From contig OZ193909.1 in assembly GCA_964276515.1 (NCBI GenBank), forward strand, positions 10,602,001 through 10,666,000: 64,000 nt of DNA. Reading direction: 5' to 3'. Made by a program: the position numbers and the translations under genes. The stretch is from Gordius albopunctatus. Taxonomy: Eukaryota. Within the stretch, counting starts at the first letter, position 1; each line of letters begins with the position of its first letter. The notes under the pieces are model-generated. The model worked only from the letters and a program-made list of their open reading frames with translations, was not told the origin of the DNA and did no database searches. Shown here piece after piece: positions 48,450 to 62,692 of the stretch.

Positions 48450-51400
48450 ATGAAAGTCCATTTTTGCCTATGCTTAATTTTGCCATTGGCTTTAATTAAC
48501 TCGCAAAAAATTAAACCTGTGCTGTAAGCTTATGAAAATTTGTATGCTATTGGATTTTAGAATACAAGAATGGGCTGAAAGATTTGGCAAGGAAATTTTT
48601 GATATATGTTCTAAAGGAACTTCATTGCATGCCATAACAAACGTTTTTTTAAGATCATATTGTACTCATATCATTTATATAGAGTTATATTAAAAATGGT
48701 GCAACCATAACTAAGCTTGATGGCTTAGATGTAGTCCAAACTATGGCTAATAAAATAGAAGCTATGCTACAATCCAAAGTTGAAACTGTGAAGGTAATTA
48801 TGCACCACAAGAACAATAATAAATTAATAGAGATTAGTTGATACTGCGGAAGAGGCTTATAAAGAACATTCTTATGATAAAAATATTGATGTAGGTTATT
48901 CATGAAACATTTGTAATTTCTAAATAGATTTCTTATTACAATGCCAAAGAAGTACTGGATGCAAATTCTGCCCATGCAACAAGTTTGGTTGATAAGATGG
49001 CAATGATATTTAAACCACATGAGCAATTTGATAATATTCCAGTTAATTTATCTTTGAGTACAATCCATGTTCCTACAAATGTTTATAACAGAGGTTAATT
49101 AATTATATTTTTTATAAAACTTGCATTAAATAGATAATGAAGTATTAAATGGGATAGCATGGTCAGAAAAATTAAATAAAGTATTTGTGGACAATTATAA
49201 TCGAGATAGAACATTAATGTGGCAATATTTTGGAAGTGAAACTGGATTCTTTAGATTATTTCCAGGTTTAAATCTATTATTTTTTTCGAAATTATGTGCA
49301 GAATATTTAAATATAATGCTACAAACTTCCATGATTTAATATTAATTTTAATTATTTCTAATATAACATTGCTGCTTGAGTTTTAAGATAATAATTAGTT
49401 TTCATTTTAACTATTCAATATATTTTAAATTTTGCATAATTATCTATAAAATTCATGGGAAAAATAATTATAGCTATGATCAATTATTAGTCGATTTCCT
49501 TTTTAATTTATGCAACATCTACTATAATAAGCATCCTAAAAGGGTCATAGTCAGCTGTGGCCTAAGCATTGTCTTGAGCTAGGTTTAAGATTTGAAATTG
49601 TTCCTGAAAGTTAACCCTTACTTCATTCTTATCTTGAGCGCCCTCCAATTACAAAATCGTTATTTTAATGCATGCTAGTTATGAATCTCAATAATGATTT
49701 AGGGAGGGGCAAATTGATCATTTTTTTTAAATTTTAGCCACAATCTAAATATATTTCAGCAAATTTTTTAATTTAGAGCGGGGCAGCCGCCCCTCCCTTC
49801 CCCCTCCCCCTTGGCTACACCCATGCTAAAAGGCATTGTTGATTAAAACACAACAGGTTAATTTTTGTAAAAAATGAAAGGCGATGACTTTTTTGAAATA
49901 TTAGGCTTGTGTCTTTTAATATTTTTAGCTTAGCAGCAAAATTTTCTGTATATTTGATCTATTTTATTAAACATATTGTATTTTACACAACATCTATTGC
50001 CTCTATAGGTCTTAAATGGGAATTCGACAAAAACAAAATCGATTTATACGATTGCCGGGTTAAGGATTGGTAAGACCTGTTTAATATTAGTTATTGATTT
50101 TATATATACATAACTTATATATTGGCTATTTTAAAATTTTATTGGCGTCAATTATATAAATTGGCTCCTTTATTAATTATTCTATCTACATTTGTACTCT
50201 AAACGAATTAATTTTTTGCGGTTAAACATTAAGAAACTGCATGTTGAATGCCAACACACACCGCACATTATATTTTTTTAGAGAATTTATATTTAGTGTT
50301 TTTGAAACTGGAAAATATATGTGGAATCAATATTTGGCCATGATATAGATATAAATGATACGCTTGTTTTTAGTAATAACTAATATAAATATTTGAATAT
50401 TTGATTTGACCACTTTTATTACTCTGGTCTGCAAAAATAGTTCCCGGAAAAGAGTTGACATAATTTTAAGATATCTTTATGATGAACACAAATATTTTCT
50501 CCGTTTTTTTTCTTATACCTCCAGCGATTTGTTTTTGCATTATTTTACATATTTTTAAGGGGAAAAAAGGCTAATAAAAAATCTAATTTATAAGACCAAT
50601 AGGGCTGAACTTAAAATAAAGTGCGCTACCTGGGGAGTTAGTTTTTGATTTATATTGAAAATTCACTTATACCTCTATTCATATTGCAAAATCGCCCCTT
50701 CCCTCCTTTATCGCTTGGACTTAAATGCATATAAAACTATGGTAAACACTCTACACGCTTGTTGTTTTGTTTAGTGTAGCTTAAGCCCTGCGGGGGCTGA
50801 CCGGCCAGGCCAGAGAGGGTTTTAACCAAAATTTAATCAAATGTTGGGAGCCGGATCGGGTCTAATTGGTTAGCCCGAGCCGGAATTAAACCTAAGCTAA
50901 CATACACTTTAAAGATATGTTTCAAGTGAATCCGACTCTTTATAAATGTTTTAAGTTTACATAATATGGGTTATTCATCCCCCTGCTTTTTGTCTATAAT
51001 CATTTTTTGATTAGAATTTTAATTTTTGTAAATATATATATAAAGATAAGACATAGTAGGCATAAAAACTATAAAAAAAGCAACACAAAACTTATTTGTC
51101 CTAATAGTTATTAAACAATAAATTTTTTCTCTCCCTTGACGGTTACCTAAGCCCATGGGCGTGGGCTTATATGTTTAAATTCGGAGTTTAAAAGCGCTAG
51201 CGCCTTTGGCTGATGCGCAGAGGTAGCTAGGACACCTAACGCTATGCTATATAGCGGGAAGGCGCTAGGCGTGCTAATGTTAAGCTTCTTCATCGATATA
51301 TTATTGTTTTTTTCTAGTGCTGTAAATGAACGCGTTCAAATTTTATGAACGCGTTCATGAACGGCGTACTTTTATTTTTGGGTGAACTTTTAACGTGAAC

Positions 51401-54400
51401 GCGTTCCTTTTTTGATTAACGCGTTCGAATTTAACGTTCGTTCAATTTTAAAAACCCTTTTTTGTTTTTATTTATTTGAAAATGAATGTCAATCCGAATT
51501 TTTAACAAAAAAGTATTATATTTTTTAATCAGCTGTTTTTCCTGTTTCCTATTACCAATTCCGAAATACTTTTAACATACTATAACGTGCAAAATAATAT
51601 AAGATTAAAGTTAATTAGTTTGATATTATTAATTATAGTTTAATTTATAGGTTAATATGGACAATCATAATATTATATCGTCGTCATCTTCAGATTCTGA
51701 ATATTCAAAATCAGCAGATGAATTGAAATTGCCATGGCCAAAATATGAAAAATATTTTTCACTCGTTTCATATAAAAGATCAAATTCAATAATTGAAATG
51801 AACCTATAAAGAATAAACTTTTAGTGTTATTGAAAAAAGGGGTTGAAACCCCTAGAATTGATAATGAAAGAGCTGTCAATTCCGAGATATCATTTTTTGG
51901 CGAGGAAGTAGAGGGCGCATTGGAGGATGATATCTTGTCGCAATTTTTTGAAGCGAGGGACAAAACTTTAAAAGTTTTTAACAAATTTTCTCCTTTAAAA
52001 AATTTGTTTATTAAGTATAATACTCTAATCCCCTCATCTGCCCCTGTGGAGCAGGTTTTTAGTATAGCTAATGCTGTATTAACTGCCATGCGTTCCTGCT
52101 TATAAGAAGACAATTTTGAAAAACAATTATGATTAAAAATAAATAAGAAAATAGATTATATTGATTTATAATTATATTGTCGAAATAAAACTATTATTTT
52201 TTATCACGGCTATTTATTGTATTAAAAAATATAAGACATTTATTTATATTAAATTAAACTTTAAAAAATGTATCATAAAATTTTGAACGAACGTGAACGC
52301 GTTCGATTTTTTTACAAATGTTTACAGCACTATTTTTTTCTATCCTATCATAAAATTATCTATTAATATAGACTTGGGCAGAAAGGAAAATATAATGAAA
52401 TAATCTTTAATTTACCCCCCCCCCTCCCTCACCCTAAATTAAAAATATTTATTTGGAAGAGGGATGGAGACTTAATGTCTAGCGAGATTTACGTCTCTTT
52501 TTCTTTATCGTGTATTTGGTCCCACAATCATAGGGTTTGTTCGATAAGTTTCTTTTCTCTTGATCTCTTCTCTTCCTCGTCAACTCCATGCCCTACCACC
52601 TTAGCCGATTTTTATTAGGCAAGCCCGCTCTAGGTTGGACATTTTTGCTCCAAAACAGTCCCCAAGCTCCACCCTATCATTTAACACATCACTTTCATGG
52701 AGTAACACTGATAACAATGGTTTTGTAAGCTATGCCCTTCAACTTTATTGCCTTCTTGTCACATTTGCCATTTAAGACCTTTATTTTGTGGAGTGATTTC
52801 ATTTGCACAACCCCCTCTTGATATAATGTGACCCTCTTTTATTTTAGATGATCATTCAGCGATTGCCTGCCTTTAACGTTTATACCCGGCTACACCGTTT
52901 TTCGATTATTGACTTTTAAACCATATTACACTAAGCGTTTTGACCATTTTTCATTCTCTTCGAATATTTTTTCCTTTCTCACTTCGCATAGTGCCATATC
53001 ATCGGCATGTAGCATACACCGTGGCGAAGTCTTTTTAATGTCTCTTGTTATGCGTACATAATTATATTTAATATAAAGAGGCTTAGTTAGATCCTTAATG
53101 TGATCAAATCAACCTGAAAAGTTCCCATTTTAACGCGAGAATTTGAGGCTTAATCAATATTTTTTATAAGCCTTACCTATGCGTCAGGGGTGTTTTGTTT
53201 TTTCCAAGCACTACCATACTAAATCGCGAGGGACCGTGTCATAAGCTTTCTCCAAGTCGATAAAGACCATATGTGGTTTCTTTTCTTTATCCCGCGAAGA
53301 TAGGATAGATTGTGGATTTGTCGGCTCTAAATCCTAATTGGTTAGCCAATACTTCCACCTCGTTTTTAGGCTCAATACTAAAATCCTTTCCTTAAGCTTC
53401 AAGGAGTGGGAAATTAGGGGTCTCCTTTGCGTTCGAATATGAGTAAAACCCTGCTTGCTATCCATTGATTATGAATTCGTTCTTCTACTAATATCTTGTT
53501 AACGAAGTTCGTCATGGTCTTAGGTACTTCTCCTCGGCATTCGATCCATGCTTCCATAGGAATTCCCTCTGACGCATTAGCTTTTCATTTTTGCATCTTT
53601 TTCATTTGTATCCTTCATCTTCGTGAAAGAGTTCGACTATACCTATGTTTGTCCCATTATCGGAAAGGTAGTCGTTTGCAATACTGATTATAAGTTACTT
53701 GAAATATCCTTTCCTTCTTCCCGTCACCTGCTTCGGCTTTAATAAGGTTTGACTCTTCACGCTTTTCACTATTTTAAGGACTCCGTCATCGCCACTTTTA
53801 TTCTCCCATATCTTGCCCATTTTTTCGGTTTAGGTAGCATTCTTCCCCATTGCAATGGCTTTCTAAGTGGCTCTCTTCTCCTCCCTAGATTATAGGTAAT
53901 TAACCGACTTTAAATTATGCCATCATCTATATAGAATTTTCTTTCTTTCGATGAAATCCCTAACTGCTTGATCGTACCACTTAAAGCTTTGCCTCCTTTG
54001 GTCTGTCCCAGAACCCTAATCGCCGTTATATGTCCGCCATTAGCGTCTCCCAATCGTCCTCAAAATTTTGTTCCAACTTCCTGGCGACCAAGAGTGTGGA
54101 TGCTTTCTGATTTATTGTTCCTCTACTTATTTCTTTGGACTTTTGTTACTAATTTAAGGCTCTTAAACCTTACTCTTACAGAAAATAAATCCATAATAAG
54201 TGGACGACCTTGCTTAGGGATTTCTTTTCTTGATAATATTTTGAAATATTTGGTCTTTAATATATCATTTTGCCGTATAAGCAGATAGTCCATTTGAGAA
54301 AAATGCTTTTCACATTAGTCATAATATTTGTTTTAATTAAATGTTAAATTAGGTTTAAAAACAATTCCGGTTTGGATATTATGAAGACAGGGCCCAATTT

Positions 54401-57400
54401 ACGACGGATAGTAACCAAGAATCAAATAATAATAACTCTAATTGATATGTCATCTAGGCCAATCTTTAAATTAGAGGTTAATTGGCTAAAGTTATCCCTA
54501 GCTCTTTTAGCATGTGACTCGAATATAATAACAGACATATAAGGTTATCGCTCTTATTAGAGCTCATTAGTATGCCTTTGTTAATTTTCTAATCAACATA
54601 GCTATATATTAGCCGTCTCTTCATTAGTCATAATATGTTAATCGCGTTTTTTAAAATAAGTCTTAACGATCGCCATGTCATATGCTTTGGATTTGGATAA
54701 GTTTTTCCCCTTCCTTGTTTCTCCGTCCATGCTCAAGGCGATCATTTCCTACGTTTGCGTCGAAGTCGGTCGCAATAATTAGCTTTCGTATTTCCTTTTC
54801 CAGCAGTGAATTGAAGAATTTATCTTCTCTGATTCCACACACCCAATTTGGCGAGCATATGCGCCCATAACGGTTAGAAGGCCTCCATGATTTGCAATCT
54901 TCACCCACATGAATCTATTTGAACAACACTTGACTTCCACCACCTATTCGCCTTGAACGATACCCACCTCTTTTTACGATTTGGTGACCCACTTTAGATT
55001 AACTTGTATCCCTCTCCCAACTCCCGCCCTTTAATTCCATTCTACCTTGTCTCTTCTGGTCAGGCAGGCGGCAATGTATACCTTTCTATTTTGGTATTCG
55101 TGCGACCGCGATGCTCTTTCCCCTTAATGTGTCCACATTACAGCATGTTATTCGCATTCTATCCACAACTAAATTCCTTGACCGCCTTCGATGCGAGTCG
55201 GGCGATAACCCTCGATTTTTCACATTGCACGGGCGAAGTTGCAGTGCGCGTTGTTTGTGGAGAACGTCTTGATTTTTGCTGTAAATGGGTTTTTGCAGCT
55301 GGTGTTCGATCTGACGCCAACGCTCCACTTTGCACATTGACTTGGGACTAATTAATTTTGAATATAAATTTAGAAAAATAACGAAATTCACTACGAAAAC
55401 CTCTAGCTAATCGTAGCTTCGTTAATTTTACACGGCCACTATTTGTTGACTTTAACGTTAGTGTTTAATGGCGCACATCAGGGGGATCCTAGATGTAAAG
55501 TGAGATGTGAGCCTTGGGGAGGTTTCGGGAGGAAGCGTGACCGTGAGAAGGCCTAAATGAGATGGTAGAATTTTATTGGAAACTGTGCAAAAAATTATCT
55601 TGCCTGCGCGAATTTATTAGGCCACTAGCGATTTAACTACTATGCAAATTATAAGTGATTAAAATGGATTGCGATATAATTAGAATCTAAATTCCAAATA
55701 ATGAAATACATTACTGATCAATAAGCAAAGTTAGCCGGTTTTTTGGTAAAAACTCATATTCATAACTAAACCTTGAAAAAGTCTAGTTAAAGAAGCATTA
55801 TTACTTTGAGGAAAAGTTTAAGTCAAGATCCGCTCTCTGGTAATTATATTTCGCAGTATACTTGCCCAGAGATCCTACTTTGACATTTTAAAACTCATAT
55901 CTAGCTTCATTGTTCAGCCATAAAAAACACTTGTGTTTTTACATCCTAAGCAAAAAATTAAGTATTATATAAATATTTGAAAAACATTCTGGTATGGCCA
56001 GTGAAACTAAAAAAAGTTAGCACAACAAATTGTAATATAAAAATATGTTCAGTTAAAAACTTGGCAAATGATTTGTTCTGCTGATGTCTATCAATTTTGT
56101 TAAGTTACTTTATAATACTAAGATGAAAGCTAAAAATACCACACATGCGTCGTTGCTATCAACAAAGCCCTCCCTTTACTAAATTTGTCAAAGATTTTAC
56201 CTCAAGGGAGGGTCAGCAGTAAAACAAAGGGACCGGGGCATTTCTCATGAATGATTTTATCGATGGTTAGGGTACAACTTGCTCCTTTTACCACTGTAAG
56301 TTGAATATAGCGCCCATATTAACATCACTAGCAAAGTTTAAAAATCGATGTTTTATAACGTTCGTTTATGACGATAAATCCGATAAGATCTTTAACCATT
56401 CATCTCATTTTTAGTCGGATACTGTACGACACTGGTACAACGCTTTCGAATACTCCTAAAACCTAATGACCATACAGATGCTCATGAGATATTTTAAAAA
56501 ATACAAAATAAAATATTTTTAATGGAACCTATATATTTTTTCGTAATTATTTCAGTATATATAATGAAAAAGATTCTTCGCAACTCATAAATTGACATAA
56601 GTTGCATTATTTTTGTTTATTAATAATCCTCAATTAAATTAAGGTACATTCAAGCAGCAACCTCACCAAAAGATCTGGTGATTCTATTAGATGGATCCGG
56701 CAGTATGACTGGATTGCGAATAGAAATAGCCAAACTTGCAATTGAAACTATTATGAACACTTTAAGTGACGATGATTTTTTTAATGTTATTCAAGTAATT
56801 CAGCGTTATAGATGATAAATATTTTTGCCTGTACCTTAGTTTACGACCGAAATCATCTATATCGAGCCCTGCTTTAACGACACTTTGGTTCAAGGAAATG
56901 AAGACAACAAGAATGTAAACATTATTTTTCTGAGATTACGATAAAAAATTTTTTTGGGTATAGAAAATAAAAGAACAGTTGGATTACATCTATCCCAAAG
57001 ATATAGCCCGTTTTGATGTAGCCTTAAATAAAGCATTTGAGTTGCTCAAAGAAGTATGATTATATTAAAATGCCGTTAGATGCATCTAAGTGTATTAACG
57101 AAATTTATTTAACTTTGTAAATTGATTTTTTCAACCTTGTTTAAGGTTAAAGAAAAAAATCGTGGTACAAATTGCAATCAAGCTATTATGATCATAACGG
57201 ATGGAGCCCCAGATGCTTATTCAGAAATTTTTAACAAATTTAATCCGGATAAACAAGTAATTTACTATCTGCTTTTCTTAGTTTATAATTTTAAATTGTA
57301 ATCATTTTCATTCCTGACATCATTTCGTCTCTCTTCATGACCATATCTTAATATTTGTCACAACTTTATATTCTATAGATATTGTAAGTATGTTCATCTT

Positions 57401-60400
57401 CAATTTATCGTTTCGTTCGTGTTCCTTCTTTCTCACTCTTGACATTCATCTTAGCATTCTCATCTCAATAGACGCTCAATATTGCTCTTCCTTTTTCTGC
57501 TCGGCATATTACACTGTTGGCTGTATAATTGACCTATACAGTTTACCTTCGGTCTTGTTGGTATCCGTTTCTCACCCAAAGCCCTTGTTAAATCTTTCCA
57601 TCCAAGCCACCCCCCCCGTTCATCATTCCTTGGATTACTTTAATCATTCTACCAAGCGCTTAAAGATTACACTCCAGATTTATGAATGCCTGCACTGCAG
57701 ACTTCTTTGATTCTAATCACCTAATATAAGAGATGGGGTCTGCAAATATGCATCAGATTTAAAGCTTGATTATACGTACCAAGAGACCACCTTCCCATAT
57801 TGCATTTCCCAATCTTTTTACAATATTTGCCAATTCATTTCCCTGCATGTGACTATATCGCCGGAAAACATCATTGCTCATGGCGCTTCTTTGCCCACTT
57901 TTTTGTTATACAATCCATTGTCATTGTGAACAGGAACGGACCAAGGACTCAACTTTGATGGAATTTAGTGTAAATGGCTATGCAACCGAAGTCTTAACAA
58001 ACATTCTATATATATTGCACATATCTTCCTTTGCATTAACCTATTACTTTAGCACCTTGTTTTATTTAAACAATTTCTCAGCCTCTTCTAGGTTAATGAA
58101 ATACAAGTACAAATCTTCCTTATTTTTCCTTTTCACTTTTTAATTATGACCTCTTTGGCATAAATTGGAAATAGTTGTCCATACTTTTTAACCTCTAAAC
58201 CATTTTTGTTTGCAGTAATTCGTTAGCTTTAGCCCTTTTTATTTAATACAATCCTGGATATTATCTTTAATCTTGTATATTGGAATGAATGCCATACGCG
58301 AGGGAGTGAGCTTTTGGATTCCCATATTTCCTAGAGCTTTTAAATTTTTAATTTGTTTGATGTCTAGTTCTAGTCCTTTTCCTGACTTCAGTGCACCATT
58401 AGCAACTTCGTTTACCCCTTTTGAGATTCGCATTGATAATTCAAATCACCTATTATTTTTTATAGGCTTGAACGGTTGATTTAGCTCGTGTACACTTAGT
58501 GTAAAACATACTTTTGGTATATATACAGGAATTTTCAATATTATATAAGCAAGATGGTTTTATTAATGGTCACATACCTTTTAATAAAACCACCTTGTTT
58601 ATAATTTTGGTAGCTAAATATAACTATGTGATGGGGTCAACCCTCTGTCGTACATCGTGAAGGGTGAGATTATTGGTTGTTTTGAATTTAAGTGCTATAC
58701 TCAAACTGCTAGACTACAAATCTCATCAGCGCTTAATTTTTAATCGTAAAATCGACCAATAACTTGTCATCAAAAAATGGATATATTGGGCGTTTTAATA
58801 AAAATCATTCCCGTCTTTCTTGAAAAGTCAGATCGTCAAAACTTCCTCGTTATAAATAAAACAAAATGTGTATTTTAAAAAATGAGGATTTATAGTTAAC
58901 CTATCAAAAATTATTAACTCTAAATGACGATCTCAGTGAAATAATAAATGACTGCCAATCAATTTAATCAAACATGTCTTTAAATACACATACGATCATT
59001 TATTTCCAATAGGTTCGAGTATTTACCTATTTAATTGGACGTGAAACCACTGAATCTCAACAACTAAAATCAATGTCGTGTAATAATAAAGGTACCCCCC
59101 CCCTTATATAATGCACTATTTATTATTGTATAATATATAATAAATATCTTTTGATGACGATGACATTTTTAATAAGTTTCATTAGAAAACAAACATTTGA
59201 TACTAGTATTATTTTTTTATATATTATGCATATACAAAATTAAAAATCCTTTCTATATATTTGTATACCTAACTGCCATCTTTTGTTATAAACTAAATGA
59301 TTTTTATTAATAACCTTAAGGGAGCAAAATCTTAATTTAGTTTTGATCCAATTTTTATGAGAGTTTAAACTAGCTTTTTGAAGGAACCACTAATTAAAAC
59401 ATTAGTAAAAAGAATATTATTTTTGATTTTTTGATTCATTTTAATATATTAAAATTTGTCCACTTGGTGATGAAAGCAATTTGATCTTTTTTGGCATTAG
59501 GTTATTTTACCCACATTGCTACTTTGGCTGATGTACAAGAAAACGTTCAAGTAAATTGTATAGAACAAGGTGTTGAAGTAATATATTTTTAGGAATACAT
59601 CAAAGTAATCAGTAGACCTATGGTTATTGAACAAGAGCATGTTACTATTTGGACAGGAATATATCATACAAAAGCTGTAATTATAAATTGTTTTACATTA
59701 TAAATTAATTAAGGACCCGAAAACAAAAAATTGGTTAAATTTATTGGAAGAAGAATTAAACAATGACCAAGATGTATTTTATTTTTAATTATCTATAATT
59801 TTATGTAAGACTATAAGACTCATGACATCTGTTGCACAGCCAGTATTTGATAGGAAAAACACTTCGGTATATTAATATTGCCTTTAATTTTATAAAGTTT
59901 GAAGTATGGAGAAGGTAATCTGTTGGGTGTTATGGGAACTGACGTCCCCATCGAAGAAATAATAAAATTGACTCCGCAATATAAAGTAGGCTACAGGATA
60001 TGTGAAGTTTTACGTAATTTAGTTAGGGCCAAATGGATATCCCTTTGCTATTACGAATAATGGGTACATACTTTTTCATCCCGACCTAAGGCCTCTAGTA
60101 AGTATATTATATGAGTTAATTAATTTACTTCTCTTTCAACACAAAGCATGGGAAGTTAACCAAGCCTAATTACAACAGCGTCGATTTATCCGAAGTTGAG
60201 TTTTCCGATCAGGAAAATCCTTACGGACGAAATTACGAGATGAAATTACGGAAAGATATGCTCGACCAAAAAACGGCGAATCACACGATGTCAGTGAAGA
60301 TGTGTTTTGATATGATGGTAAACCTTTAACGAATCACGTAGTCCACCTATAATCTATGCTTTTGATGCAGCGAAGGGTAATCCTACGACGTCATCATTAT

Positions 60401-60941
60401 TTCTATACCACCCTGATGCGAACACCCTTTAGCCTAGGGATAGCACTCCCTGACGATGGCCTTTACGCGGTTAAAGGGTTGTTAGAGCTTTCCCAAATCG
60501 ACGTTGAAAAAGATTTTGCCGGCTCACTATGGCGAGTCGTACCGGATTGGGTTTATTGTCGTTTGCCTAACGAGGAAAATAAACATAATGATCGCGCACG
60601 CTTGAGAAATTTCGTAAAACTCGGACAAGCCAGTTATCGCATGACGGACGATAAGTTTCAAGATGCCTACCGTTTTTACACGGAAAATTGTAAAATTAAT
60701 GTTAAATATAATCTTTTACCTACAAATTCAATTATTGTCATACGAATTGCAACTATATATACATCTAATATGCAAGGTGACAAAGATTTGATGATGAGTT
60801 TAGCATTTGATGCTAAAGTTACGTCAGACATTGTTAAGGATTGGCAGAATAATGCTAAACTGCCTATCGCCCGCGGGATACAAATGGTTTTTTTGGGGAC
60901 AAGATCCGGGCTTACCCGTTTTTATGAATACGAAGAAAAGG
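48450..60941 (+). CDS. CACNA2D: Voltage-gated calcium channel alpha-2/delta subunit (alpha2delta-3/straightjacket-like), 5' portion; continues downstream
   Basis: Exons: 48450-48523 (signal peptide), 48561-48642, 48683-48793, 48831-48890, 48928-49093, 49134-49265, 50009-50069, 56644-56794, 56840-56914, 56964-57053, 57146-57256, 59013-59091, 59501-59550, 59593-59676, 59714-59773, 59810-59866, 59905-59985, 60023-60097, 60147-60317, 60371-60689, 60777-60941. All introns GT-AG and in phase. Motifs VPTNVY, WQYFGS, MIDAS DGSGS...[14 protein letters not shown] and [13 protein letters not shown]. Confidence 0.95.
51315..52332 (+). mobile_element. Non-autonomous hAT with C-terminal transposase remnant
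   Basis: TIR tagtgctgtaaa / tttacagcacta; TSD tttttttc on both sides; gaacgcgttc subterminal palindromes; [17 protein letters not shown]. Confidence 0.9.
52496..55350 (-). mobile_element. Full-length decayed RTE (same family as 15952-17615) in an alpha2delta intron
   Basis: The reverse complement matches the 3' end tgtgggaccaaata and RT regions (tcataagctttctccaagtcgata). APE remnants ITCCNVDTL and TDFDANVG. Confidence 0.85.
54533..54577 (-). ncRNA. Degenerate minimal type I hammerhead ribozyme inside a 294-bp insertion (15-bp TSD)
   Basis: Minus strand aggcata-CTAATGA-gctct aata agagc-GATAAC-ctta-tatgtct: stems I and II pair, core has substitutions. Insertion 54328-54621 is flanked by cattagtcataatat twice. 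Confidence 0.5.
57310..58480 (-). mobile_element. Highly decayed RTE fragment
   Basis: Minus-strand remnants [13 protein letters not shown], a QS*VLGPFLF-like RT motif and a C-terminal EMRMLR-like segment. Confidence 0.65.
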
Positions 60942-61106
60942 GTATCATTTTTTATATAAGTATTAAATGAGTCCGACTTCTTTGTAACTGAATTTTAAAA
61001 GTATATCATTGTTTTATCAGCCAATTGCGGCACTCAAACTAATTTATAAAAACAATTTTATTTTTGTAAATCCTTATTTTTTGACAAAACAGTCGGTAAT
61101 TCTGAT

Positions 61107-62692
61107 TAGAGGTCTGCACGGGCCGAAATTTCACAAATATATTTTTTTACCCATACCCGCCCCGCAAAAAAAACAACAAAAAATGCGCCGCATCAGGCCC
61201 GCACGAGAAAAAAGCTTCAGTGTTTTCAAAAAAATTTATTTGTATAGAAACAATTTTGCATGTATGAAAAAAAATTTTATAGCATATAAAAACGATATTA
61301 ATAAAAAAAAATTATAATTCAATATTGTGATTTAAAAATAATAAACTGTCTATTCTATCAGGTAGTAGTCTTGTTCTTCTTTGTTCTATTAGGCGACTTG
61401 CCTTCCTAAACGTGCGTTCACTTGTAGCGCTTGTGGCTGGAATTGCCAAAAACTGTACAGCTAACTTTGTCAAATTAGGTAGGATAAGTTTGTGTTCTTT
61501 CCACCATGAAATAACATCAAGCTCATCATCTTCCGGTTTAAGATTTAATTTAACATAAGTATCAACTTCATTGCTCTCCTCAATCTGCTCTCTTTCATCG
61601 TCCTCCCAAACGGAGATATCCATATCGACTTCACCAATAGCTAATTGCCTACATACCTGAGCTGAATTGCTCATAGATGGACGACTGATGCAAGAAGAGC
61701 TAGGATCTTCTTGCATTAATTTATTTAAAGTTTGTGTTACCATGGTTTTAACAAGAATTCTTTCATCCTCAGGTAACATTTTGAGGCTGTGGAATTTTGG
61801 AGCCAGAAATGTTGATATCGTATGATATACATCAATTTCGAACTTTGAGGTCAGCATAGTTTTAGCCCTGGTTTTTAATTTATAAATTTCTAATTCAACA
61901 GGATCACTATTAGTAGGAGATGGAGGCGTATTTGGTATGGCTTTTAAGGATGTATAATAGGGTAAAACTTTATACAATGTTGGCTTCAATTAAGAACGAA
62001 TTTTAAGCAATCTAAGAATTTAAAAAGCGAGGGAAATTTTAAATATAAGATTTTTTTAAACTTTTTAAAAAATAAAAATTTTTTAGTAATGCCATCGGAA
62101 TTATTTACTTTTGGAGATTCCATTTAATCAAATATATTCAAAGCTAGAGCTAAGTAATTGTTATATAATATCTAATAATAATTTACTTTATTAAAACTAT
62201 TGCAAGCTAATTAGCAATGTTGATATTATAAGTTTGTAATAAGTAGGAGAAGTGTAGCTAAAACTAATTAATTATAAAATAAAATTTTTTAATGAATTAC
62301 CTTAAAGCTTAAAACAACGTCAATGAGATCTTGGAACAAATATTAAGCAATCTAAGAATTTGAAAAGCGAGCGAAATAATAAATAATGAAGTTAAAAACA
62401 AACACTACCTTCTATCCATTCAATTAATTTACTTAATTAGCGAAAAATATAATATTAAATTTTCCCTCAAAATAATACTGTTTAAATAGCAAATTTTTGT
62501 TAGAAAAAATAAAATTTTTATCATCAAGATAATCAATGCGTTTTTTTGTGTCAATACTATAATGATAGTATAGAGTTTAATATATTTAAATTTTTTCACT
62601 TATCAAAGCCCAAGCCCGGCCCGCACTTTTTTTAGTGCTCATTTTCAGGTCCGGCCCAGCCCGCGGGCCGGCCCGGCCCCTTCAGACCTCTA
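61107..62692 (-). mobile_element. Non-autonomous hAT with intact C-terminal ORF (61312-61989)
   Basis: TIR tagaggtctg / cagacctcta; perfect TSD attctgat (61099-61106, 62693-62700); WWKEH...LPNLTKLAVQFLAIPATSATSERTF. Confidence 0.93.

Noticed and set aside
50779..51290. GC-rich hairpin-forming patches as a structured ncRNA
   Set aside because: No diagnostic motif; more simply explained as MITE remnants in an intron.
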